IMG/VR virus record: IMGVR_UViG_3300008117_004020
Span: 54,148-118,147 of that record
Length of the DNA: 64,000 nucleotides
From: a virus
Strand: one strand, 5' to 3'
Below are positions 10,615 to 20,700 of this stretch, piece by piece. The position numbers and the translations under genes were made by a program. Every line of letters begins with the position of its first letter. Position 1 is the stretch's first letter. Below the pieces are notes generated by a model. That model was not told where the DNA came from. It searched no databases and saw only the letters and a list, made by a program, of their open reading frames with translations.

Positions 10615-13600
10615 TTATTTTAGTTTACCAAGACAAGACATTCTTTGTAAGAATTCTTCTATTGTTTCTCCAGATAGTTTTTCTTTATTATACATTCCTT
10701 CCATTTCTTCATTAGTCATCTCAAGAACCCATGGAAGCATTTCTCTAAATGCATTAATCTTACTATTAGTATCTACTGTACTAGTAGATGATTCTGCTTG
10801 AGGTTTGCCCATTAGTTCTGTAAAAGATCTTGTATCAATCTTATCATAAGTTGTAAAGTTCTTTTCTTCTGGTTTTTTTGAAGCAATAGCTATTTCACTA
10901 TCCTCATTTGGATAAAAGAACAGCTCATCAAATCCAGACTTGTTTATTACTTTCCAATAAGTATTATCTATATACCAGTGTTGACCATCCACTTGTAACA
11001 TTCCTTTGCTAGTCTTTTTGCCACCAGCTTTAATAAACATATCTTCAACAACTTTTTTACTATCTACTGTTTCTGTAGTAGGTTTAGTTGATAAGTTTTT
11101 AATCTTATACACATACACTTTCTGATTACCCTCCAAAAACTCAGGACGCAGGGTTCTTGTTTGTCCAGTGCTAATCTTCTCCATTAAGTCCATCCAAGAT
11201 GCGAACCCTTCATTCTTAGCATAGTATTCTTTCTTCTCAGGTGTATTTAAGTCATTGACTGTTATAGCTTTATAAAGAGATAGCTCAATTGGAATGACAT
11301 TACCTTCAGCATTTTCTGTTTGATAGACGCCATTCTTAATTATATAAGTTCTACTTGTGAGAGTCTTTTCTCCAGACTTAATCTTCTCTACATTATAAGA
11401 CTGCATCTTAATCTTATTAGTAGTAGTTGTTTTCTCACCAGCTTTAGGCATAACCTCTTCTTTTATTCTTTTTAAATCTATACCCATATCTTCAGCATAC
11501 CATTTACCTCTCTTAGGACTTTCCCCAGTAGGTGTGGAAGAAGTATCTCTATTGTTAAAGAATGCTGGGTTATTTGCCTTAAACTTAAATGAGAAGTTTT
11601 GATATTCAAGTTCTTTCTCATCATTCTCCAGTTTCATAAACTCATCTTGTGAGTATTCATACAACTTGTTTACAATATTCACAGGTGTGGTTCCTGTAAA
11701 ACTATTTTGAGCTGTATTATATCCAGATTGGAAAATAGAATACAAAGCTAAATTTCTAAAAAAGTCTTTAACTATCTTTAAATCAGGATCTTCTAAGTTT
11801 ACCAAATCCTCAAACTGAGCAATTACACCATCTTTTTCTACAGAGTTATTAATATTCTGCAGAAGCTTAAAGTTAATAAAGTTTTTGGTATTTTCCCCTG
11901 GTTCAACGATTATATTTTCTATCAGAGGATACTGCTCAACCAGGTCAGCATAAAAAGGCAACTGTTTAATCATTGTAAACTGTTCCCTCATTAAAGGTGT
12001 TTCTATAAGCTCCTTTAAATACTCATTAATATCTTTGTCTGTACCAAATGTTTCTTTAAAAAACTCCATACCTGCTGTAGACTTGCCCAAATAATTCTGA
12101 AGAATATAGTTCATCAGGTCATTTTTATATGTCCTAGCATACTTATTCATATCATCATCACTTACAATAGCTGAGTTCTTCTTATTGCTACGTTCTGATA
12201 ACACATCTTCTAGCAAAATCATATTTAACTCTCTAGAATCACGTAAAGGGAAAAGTTGCTCTAAAACATCAATTATAACACTTCCAGTATCTAGAGGAGA
12301 AATAATACTCTCTTTCTTTATTCTTCTTAGTGTATCAGGAGACAACACATTACTTTTTCTATTCACTGCATTCACATAAGATACATTTCTAGCATATGCA
12401 TCAAATGAACTTACATATGGTTTAGTATCAAAGTTTAAGAATCTTTGAGCTGCAGTTAAACTATCTGATTGCTTTTTTTGATTCAGAAACTCATGTAATA
12501 CAGCAAGTTGTAAAAACTTTTTATCTGCAGGAAGCTTTGATATATCTGTTTTGTCATCAGCCAGAATATTATTATAAAGATTCTGTGATGTAAATTGATT
12601 ATTAAAAGATATTTTTGATTCTTTAAGTTTCTTACCTATTTCACTTCTAGGATCTGCTGTCATATTAATATCAGTAAATCCTAGTTGCTTAACTGTCTCA
12701 GACATAGCTTTAGCTCTAGCACTTGACCTAAGTTTACCAAGCTTTATTCTAAGCTCCTGATATTCCTTGTTATCTACAATCTCATCTGGACCATAGCTCA
12801 TCATTTGTCTTTCTACATCAGTGGCAGTTTTTTCTAAGTAGTTCTTAACAAACATACTCTCATACTTACTAAGATTCTTTACATAAGTACGCATTGCAGG
12901 CTGATTAATAAACGCAAAAATCTTTCTAGATGATAGTCCCGCATACTTCATATAGAATGCCACAGGTGTAAGTTCAGTGACAAAGTTGATAGCAAAGATG
13001 TAGTCATCATTCGCAGCATCTACAAATGAGCTAATAAACTCAGCAAAAAACTCAGACTTATGTACACCATCCTCGTCATAAATATCACCATAAAATGTAT
13101 TAGTGATTAAATTATCCTCATTCTTTGCTACATCACTAGAATTAAAGAATGTGGTAATATTCTGTTTTTCAAAGAATAATCTATTACCTGTAGCATTAGA
13201 CAGCTGAAACAATACATTAAATGTATTAGCCACAGCTGCAATACCTAAGTCAGACTTACTCTTAAGAAGACTCATGAACTTTTCAACATTCCTCACCCTG
13301 TTAAGAATATCAGTGTGAGCATAATCATTAGCTACACGTTTGCCATCCTTAACATTTTTGGGATACACCTTCTTATATATCTTATCTACAAGTGGTAGAA
13401 TATGATAGTTTGTAGATGGTGTAACCAACTCCATATAGTTGCTAGGATGAAGTATGATTTCACTTAATACATCATACATTTCATTCTGTAGAGTGGCCCT
13501 AAATGACCCAGCATCTATTCTTTTTAAATCTTCAGGTGTATATGGAATCTTTGTATACTTACCATCCTTATCAAGATTAGGATAGAATGTAAACATCTTA

Positions 13601-16600
13601 TCATAGTCAAAGTCAGAACCAGACTTAATGATAGCCTCTGTAGGCATGATGATAGCATCTCCAAATGCAGCAGGTAAAAATTCAACCACTTCCATAACAT
13701 CCAAGAAGTTTCTACCCTGTGTAGGAATACGATAGGATATCATCCTAATAGACTTCTTATTCTCCTTACGCCAATTCTCATCTTTTAGTGCGCTATTAAG
13801 TCTATTTAAAGAATCAATAGGCATTCCATCTGGGTGTGTAAGCTTTAATAAAGACTCCCATTGCTTTGTAAATCCTATCTTAACCTGCATCTCTGTAATC
13901 GATAGAGCACCATTTGTTCCAGTAAATACATCATAAGATTTCAACTCACTATTACCAAAGGTCTTTGTAGCTTTTTCAGAAGCTTCTCTGCTAAATTTCT
14001 TAGCTGATCCAGTGATAGCCACTTGGGTGAGCATACTACCATTAATCTTATATCTTGGTATTCTATTATTAATAGATGATATAAGTATACCTTCTATAAT
14101 TTGTGCTTGTACAGCAGCATCCAGTCCTATCAAAAACTTACCTGAATCTTTAGAAAGCATCAAAGCTTTACGAACATTTTGATCTTGATTCTTCTTAGAA
14201 ATCTCTTCCTCAAAATACTTCACTAGCTTTTTCATATCTGTCACTGCAAGCACACCAGCTTTATCAGTGATACCCAATTTATTATATATCTCAGTTTTTT
14301 CTATCTGAATAAGTCCATCAACTAACGACTTATATCTACGATATAGATTTTCAAACTCTTCTTTTTTGTAAGATGACTTAAGAGACAATATATTCATCAA
14401 CACAAGCTTTCTCATCTGTGAACCAAATGGAGCTTCTGTATGTGCTTCTGAATCAGCCTTCACCTGCTCTTTAAGATGATTAAAGAATATGGTGTGCTCA
14501 GAATCAAACTTAGTTTTACCAGACTCCACTCTTAAATCAAATGGAATGATGTATCTTTCTTTAGGATTGTTAGCATCGTAGTTCTCATACAAATCATCCT
14601 GTTTCAGAGGTGTTTCAGTCTTACTACCTGTTTTAAATTTAACATATCCCACACCCTCAAACTCCATCCTATCAGCCAAGTCTTCATCCTCAGTGTTTTC
14701 TATCACTGTAGGAATCAATGGTTGCAGTGAAAACTTATCAAACATTGGTACATGTGAATCAAATAATCCTACAGATGTATAAACCTGATGTTTCATTGGT
14801 CCAGAATACTGGAACTTCTTAGGAGGAAAATACACTTGCTCAGCGGGATCATATCCTATAGCATCTCTTTTAGAGATATACTCAGTTCTCTTTTGTTCAT
14901 CAGTGGTACTCTTAGCCAGCTTATTATAATGTGCATATTCTACAATCTTTTTATAAGATGCCTCTTGGTCTGCTGTCCAGTTATTAGTGAGAATACTTAT
15001 AATCCTATAAAAGTCAAATGTGCATTTACCCTGACCATCAGCCTCCTTACCAGAATAATTATCCTGAATGGCTTGCTTAAGACTATCTTTATATAAATTA
15101 TAGTTCTCCTCAGAAATATATCCAGCAGCATATAGTCTTTCAATATTAGCAGGGATCTTTGTTGCCTGCTCAGAGTTAAACACCACATCTTTTAATATAC
15201 CAGACTTATACTCTTTAGAAACAGTCTGTCTGGATATAATCATATTCTTTGTATCCTCATCAATCTGACCAAGCTCAAACAACCTTTCAGCTAACAACCT
15301 ACCAGACAGATTAGTATTAGCACCTATGTCTTGTTGGTTCTCATAGTTGTTAAAACGAGCAATCAAATCATTCTCCATAAAGGTGAATATACCTGTAGCT
15401 GAGTCTTTACCAGCTCTTTTATGAAATGCTTTAAAGTGGATGGACCCACCAAAGAACAGTTTCATATTATCAAGATCAATCAAGAATGTATTAGCTATGT
15501 AGTAGTTAATAGACGACCTTAAGTCAGGCATTGTTTTAAAATTACCCTTTCCTAATAGATAACTACTCTCAACAATACTTTTTGCAGATGCAAGTTTATT
15601 TGCAAACTCCTCTGAATACTCGTTAAAATACGCTGTTATAGCATTATTAATCTCTGCTTTATATCCATCAATAAGATTACTAGCTTCAGCAGGAGAGTTA
15701 ACTTCTTTAAGTTGAGCATTTAACGCATCCCTCACTTCAGGAATCCTATTCATAATAGACTCAAACTCTCCCCATGTGTTTAGAATGTTCTTACTAGCAA
15801 AATCCAGGTCACTGTAAAACCCTTTCTCTCCTAAAAACTTAAGAGCAGAATGGTTTTTAATACCATTAGTCACTTGTGTTAAAAACAATTCTGACTTGAA
15901 TATACCATTGTCCCCTTTATACTCAGCGACACCCAAAGGTCTTGGCATAGGATCACCTGTAAGAGGATTATAATAATAGTTGGAATGAATGGATAGGTCA
16001 GTGGATTTATCGCTCAATCTTGTAACACTAGAAAAACCCTGTAGATTAAATGTATTAATATCCTGTAAAAGTTTATCTATATCACTTAGGTTGATGGTGG
16101 AAGCAGCATCAGACCTAAAACCATTTTCTTTAAGTTGTATACCACCAGTATTATTTATGTTTAATACTACAGGTGTACCACTACCATCAGTCACGTATTT
16201 ATATCCACTACTTGTGAGTTTTACTCTTCTTCTCTCCCCAAAGTTATCAGCTGCAGGGTCAAAATAAAATAAACTATTAAGATATAAACTGTCTTTAATT
16301 CCAGGATTAGTAACAGGGTTAAGCCAAGACAAAGATGGCTCAGCATCTAAAATATCCTGTAATTTAGGATAGGTTTTAAAATCTGATAGTGCTTTATTAA
16401 TAACAGTGAAGTTATTATGATATTGAGAGGAGTGCTGTCTATTACCCTCAGGATTGATTACACTACGCTCTATACTGTAAACAGGATTGTATTTAACCTC
16501 AACATCAATTATATTATTGATGACATTGTTCTGTCCTGTCCTGTCTTTATTCCAGTCTTTTTTTAGTGATGCAATTGGATTAGTGATGACATCTGTTTTT

Positions 16601-17790
16601 CCTACAACACCATATCTTCTATTATTGCTAGGAACAGACAACCTATTAATCAAATGCCCTGATATATAATCTATGAATTTTTGATTAGCAGGCAGCTTCA
16701 TAATCTCCTCAGTCTTAGGAGATAGCTGAAAACCCACTGCTTTTAAAAATGCCACCTTTCTTGCAGCAACACCTTCACTTGCTGGAATCTTTTTAGGGTC
16801 TAGAAAATCCTTAATCTTAGATAGGTCATCATTAGACAGTGTCCACACACCATCTTCTTGATGTGCTAGATTTATAATTTCTCCATTAACTACAACAGGC
16901 ATCCCATTTAAATAAAAGTTAGACTCTACAATCTGCTCATATTTACTTCTGGATGCTACAGTGGTTTGAAACACTTTAATAAGGTTTCCTTCCACTGATG
17001 TCATATAGATGGGAATAGTAGCCTTTGCAAATGAATTTCTAAATGCAATCTTGAATTTAGTTTCAGCCATGTTATCTCCTGCTTTAAACTCAAGCTTATC
17101 TATAACAGACTGATACTCAGGAACTTTATCTAAATTATTCTTTAGTCTTTCAATTATCTCAGCAACACTTGTAGTATTTTCTAAATCTACAATAAGACCT
17201 CTGGTAAAAGAACCATAGTCTACAGGCACTGTAAAACCATAGTCATCAAATACATCTGCACTACGAGGGATACTAAGTATGAACAGCTCTACAGCTTTGT
17301 CAATAGTATCAAATGGATCCATCTCATTAGCTGCCTGATCAAATACTAACTTTTTAAGAACAGCATCATCGTCATCAGACACCATGGATAAATCCACCAT
17401 ACCCTCCTCATCCAGCTTAAACTTAGTTTTTAATTTAAACGCTCTACCATATGCTGCCATATTTGCAACAATATCATTCCAATTAGCATTTAAAGTTCTA
17501 AGATTGGATGCAAATGTCATATAGACATCTGCTACATCTTCATTACCATTTTGTTTTTCAGCTCTAGCACGAGCCTCATACTCAGCAGCTTTATTTGTAA
17601 TTAATTGATTAGCAGTCTTATACAACTGTTCTAAATCAGACCTATACTTAGCTGGATCACTTGTAATCTGTGCTAATTTAAAAAAGTCCATGTTCATCTG
17701 CTCCACAGCACGAAACATGAAATATTCAGCCTTATTAATTACTTTAGGAAGAGATTCAATCTTTAAATCAATAGAACAATTCTTAGCCAT
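10615..17790 (-). CDS. Virion-packaged single-chain RNA polymerase (crAss-like, phi14:2 gp66-type), 2391 aa
   Basis: Catalytic SGSDFDYDK (DFDYD at 13600-13614), upstream YRIPTQG, ADGQG, and downstream LGIAA and FVDAA motifs; flanked by two other giant genes. Confidence 0.9.
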   Translation of the reverse strand: MAKNCSIDLKIESLPKVINKAEYFMFRAVEQMNMDFFKLAQITSDPAKYRSDLEQLYKTANQLITNKAAEYEARARAEKQNGNEDVADVYMTFASNLRTLNANWNDIVANMAAYGRAFKLKTKFKLDEEGMVDLSMVSDDDDAVLKKLVFDQAANEMDPFDTIDKAVELFILSIPRSADVFDDYGFTVPVDYGSFTRGLIVDLENTTSVAEIIERLKNNLDKVPEYQSVIDKLEFKAGDNMAETKFKIAFRNSFAKATIPIYMTSVEGNLIKVFQTTVASRSKYEQIVESNFYLNGMPVVVNGEIINLAHQEDGVWTLSNDDLSKIKDFLDPKKIPASEGVAARKVAFLKAVGFQLSPKTEEIMKLPANQKFIDYISGHLINRLSVPSNNRRYGVVGKTDVITNPIASLKKDWNKDRTGQNNVINNIIDVEVKYNPVYSIERSVINPEGNRQHSSQYHNNFTVINKALSDFKTYPKLQDILDAEPSLSWLNPVTNPGIKDSLYLNSLFYFDPAADNFGERRRVKLTSSGYKYVTDGSGTPVVLNINNTGGIQLKENGFRSDAASTINLSDIDKLLQDINTFNLQGFSSVTRLSDKSTDLSIHSNYYYNPLTGDPMPRPLGVAEYKGDNGIFKSELFLTQVTNGIKNHSALKFLGEKGFYSDLDFASKNILNTWGEFESIMNRIPEVRDALNAQLKEVNSPAEASNLIDGYKAEINNAITAYFNEYSEEFANKLASAKSIVESSYLLGKGNFKTMPDLRSSINYYIANTFLIDLDNMKLFFGGSIHFKAFHKRAGKDSATGIFTFMENDLIARFNNYENQQDIGANTNLSGRLLAERLFELGQIDEDTKNMIISRQTVSKEYKSGILKDVVFNSEQATKIPANIERLYAAGYISEENYNLYKDSLKQAIQDNYSGKEADGQGKCTFDFYRIISILTNNWTADQEASYKKIVEYAHYNKLAKSTTDEQKRTEYISKRDAIGYDPAEQVYFPPKKFQYSGPMKHQVYTSVGLFDSHVPMFDKFSLQPLIPTVIENTEDEDLADRMEFEGVGYVKFKTGSKTETPLKQDDLYENYDANNPKERYIIPFDLRVESGKTKFDSEHTIFFNHLKEQVKADSEAHTEAPFGSQMRKLVLMNILSLKSSYKKEEFENLYRRYKSLVDGLIQIEKTEIYNKLGITDKAGVLAVTDMKKLVKYFEEEISKKNQDQNVRKALMLSKDSGKFLIGLDAAVQAQIIEGILISSINNRIPRYKINGSMLTQVAITGSAKKFSREASEKATKTFGNSELKSYDVFTGTNGALSITEMQVKIGFTKQWESLLKLTHPDGMPIDSLNRLNSALKDENWRKENKKSIRMISYRIPTQGRNFLDVMEVVEFLPAAFGDAIIMPTEAIIKSGSDFDYDKMFTFYPNLDKDGKYTKIPYTPEDLKRIDAGSFRATLQNEMYDVLSEIILHPSNYMELVTPSTNYHILPLVDKIYKKVYPKNVKDGKRVANDYAHTDILNRVRNVEKFMSLLKSKSDLGIAAVANTFNVLFQLSNATGNRLFFEKQNITTFFNSSDVAKNEDNLITNTFYGDIYDEDGVHKSEFFAEFISSFVDAANDDYIFAINFVTELTPVAFYMKYAGLSSRKIFAFINQPAMRTYVKNLSKYESMFVKNYLEKTATDVERQMMSYGPDEIVDNKEYQELRIKLGKLRSSARAKAMSETVKQLGFTDINMTADPRSEIGKKLKESKISFNNQFTSQNLYNNILADDKTDISKLPADKKFLQLAVLHEFLNQKKQSDSLTAAQRFLNFDTKPYVSSFDAYARNVSYVNAVNRKSNVLSPDTLRRIKKESIISPLDTGSVIIDVLEQLFPLRDSRELNMILLEDVLSERSNKKNSAIVSDDDMNKYARTYKNDLMNYILQNYLGKSTAGMEFFKETFGTDKDINEYLKELIETPLMREQFTMIKQLPFYADLVEQYPLIENIIVEPGENTKNFINFKLLQNINNSVEKDGVIAQFEDLVNLEDPDLKIVKDFFRNLALYSIFQSGYNTAQNSFTGTTPVNIVNKLYEYSQDEFMKLENDEKELEYQNFSFKFKANNPAFFNNRDTSSTPTGESPKRGKWYAEDMGIDLKRIKEEVMPKAGEKTTTTNKIKMQSYNVEKIKSGEKTLTSRTYIIKNGVYQTENAEGNVIPIELSLYKAITVNDLNTPEKKEYYAKNEGFASWMDLMEKISTGQTRTLRPEFLEGNQKVYVYKIKNLSTKPTTETVDSKKVVEDMFIKAGGKKTSKGMLQVDGQHWYIDNTYWKVINKSGFDELFFYPNEDSEIAIASKKPEEKNFTTYDKIDTRSFTELMGKPQAESSTSTVDTNSKINAFREMLPWVLEMTNEEMEGMYNKEKLSGETIEEFLQRMSCLGKLK

Positions 17791-20700
17791 TACTTACAAT
17801 TTTTTTCAAATATTTCATCATATGTTGGAGCTCTAAACTTCTTTTTCTTCTTGATAGCATTTGTCTCTTGCTCATTCTGAGATATTTTACCATCAGTGTT
17901 TACATTGTTTTTAACATCATTCTTAACTGCGTTAGGGTCATTTAATAAGTCATCAGCTGTTTTACCCGCAGGTGTTGCAACTTGAATATCTCTAGGGTTA
18001 GTGAAAGCAACTATTGAGTTATATCTTATTAATTGATCTTGTGCTGGTATTTCTACAGTGTCTGAGCTAAGACCCACCTTAGTCATTATAAAGTTCTTGT
18101 AGTCAATGTCTCTAAACTCTACACTCTTAACACCTTCTTTATCTACTATGACTGGGAATAAGAACTGCTCAAATCCTGTCTCCTTGTTCCACCACTTCTT
18201 AGATATATTAATAGGACGATTACCCACTTTATTTACCACCTGAGCTAGTACAGCCTCATCAATCAACGCTTCTCCATTAACCACTTTAATCACATCATAC
18301 ACTGTTGGCGTATCATCATTATATTGTTTAATTGTAAATCTTGACAATGTATTAGGAATCTTAAAGTTTTCTCCAGTGAGCCAGATGTTATATACAAATT
18401 TAATAAGATTTTCCTTAACTACATCAGCATTTTTATCTCCTCTTAATAACATCTCATGGTATGTTTTCATAACATCCACAATATGATTTATAAATGGAGT
18501 TTCTACACCATTCTTATTAAAATTAACATATCTAGTGTTAGGAGGATATAGAGGCTCTTCATTCACTGCACCATTTTTATCCTTAATCATCATCATTAAT
18601 ACACCCTTGTTATTAAACTTAAAGCTAATATTAGGCTGCATTAATTGAGCTAAGAAGCCAGGGTCTTTAGCTGTATTCTTACGATCAGCTTGATTACTCC
18701 TAGCAAGTTTTCTTTTATTCATCTGTCCAGCTGAAATCACAGTGAGGTCAGCAATCTGAGGATTACCTGCCATAGCTTTTCTTCTAGCTTCATTTAACTT
18801 ATCATAAGACTCTTTAGTGAGAAGCTTAGCCATAGGTGACTTGCTATCCTCAGCAAACAATTTAAAGTAGACTATTTGATTCTCCCCATTGTCTAAACCT
18901 TTCTTATCAGATAGATTAGCTCTGTCTAATGTACCCAATCTAGTACCATCTTTAGCAAATACAATAGGATTTCCATTTATATCAGACAAGAAACCAACCA
19001 CTCCTTTTTTAGCAGCTTTCCAATCTTCATCAACTGAACCATCCCACCTAAGTCCTTCATTATCAGCATGTATTGTAACAAATACATCTCCCAGCTTTGC
19101 CTTGTCCATTATATGAAGAGCATTGATGATAGCTCTCACTTTATGATAATACTGTGTAAAATAAGGAGTTTCCTGTTGATTGCTAGGAAATACATCATTA
19201 TTAAGAGACCTTAGAGCATTTGTATCCATTGCACTAATACCTTGTGATGGGTCAACTACACTAGCATCAAATATAGCAGGGTCAGAACCTTGTTTATGTA
19301 CTGGAGGTGTGTATGTTACATCGCCTTCATCTGAACCTGTAGTTTCTGTTTCTTCTTCATCTGCAGGTGCTGGTTCTTCTCTTTTATTTTGAAGCTCTAA
19401 TTCAATTTTAGTCTGAAGAGCATCAGAGATATTAACACCTAATGTTTGTTTAAGAACAGAATTTATATACCTACGAGTCTCCTCATATTCTGAAGAATCT
19501 ATATTACCACCCTCAATTAAAAACTGCATGTAATCAACCAATTGACTTTCACTAAAATTTGTATCATCTTCAGTGAGAATTTCTTCTAAGGAAAGACCTT
19601 TTCTGTCAATGCTGATTAATCCTTTTTTAATTAACTTCTCTATATTAGATCTTGAATCTATATATCCTGTCAACTCATCATAGTTACCTACAGCTGTAGC
19701 TCCATACCTATCTTTTAAATATGCATATTTCTTTGTAAGCGCTCCCTCTTTTACAAACTTCCAATACTCATTTTTAAAGTCTGCATAATCTTTTTGACTC
19801 TTAAATGGTAGGGATATAACCAGTCCTACAAATGGTGCATATTGAGATTCTGACAATGGAACATCTAGCATTTGACCAGATGCATATGATCCCATTCTAT
19901 CTGGATCACCCATTATATCTATAACATTACGTCTTAATGAATCAGATAATAATTCATTTATAGACTTTGATTTAAGAAGTTGCATAAACACTTGCTCATA
20001 AACAATCGCAGCCTTAACAGGAGTGACACCCTTTCTTGTTTTATTAAACACCTCAAGGATGCCATTCTTTGTAGTGTAATAGTATGTTTGTTTTCCAATC
20101 TTAACCTTGGACATACCCTGCACTTGTTTAGAAGCCTCTTTATCTCTAATGGACTGTATTTTAGAACTGATTAACTTCTGAGCACTACTATATAAAGATG
20201 GCACCATAGAGTCTTCGTAGTTAGTCAAATCCTCAGAAAGACTATTAAGCTCTTCAATAGTGCTAGCCTCAGCCACCTTACCTAATAATTCATTAGTGTA
20301 GTTAGACTTAATCAACTCTGCAGTCTGATTAATCACCTCATTTAGTACAGTGCCCTCAACATCAATGCCTATACTCTTTAATAAGTTAGACAGAATTTCA
20401 AGGAATTTCTCCCACACTGACTTGCCAGATTTAGCATATGGTATAGTGGATAGAAGATGCTGAAATGATGGGTTGGTGAAAGCCTCAATAACAAACTCTC
20501 TTATCTGCTCATCATCTGTAAGATTCTCTTGGAATGCATAGAAAGTCTTTGCAGCTGGATTATTTCTTACAGCAGCCATAGCAGACTTAATAGCTTTGGT
20601 AAACTCACCAGAAGGATTTTGAAGTTCCAACTCTATCTCTCTGTGCAAAAGCTCATGTAGAATAACTGTTTCAATAGGAAGATAGGGTTTTTCTTCTGTG

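Noticed and set aside
119-17790. Introns or inteins in PolB or the vRNAP
   Set aside because: Both are single uninterrupted ORFs with no intein or homing-endonuclease motifs seen.
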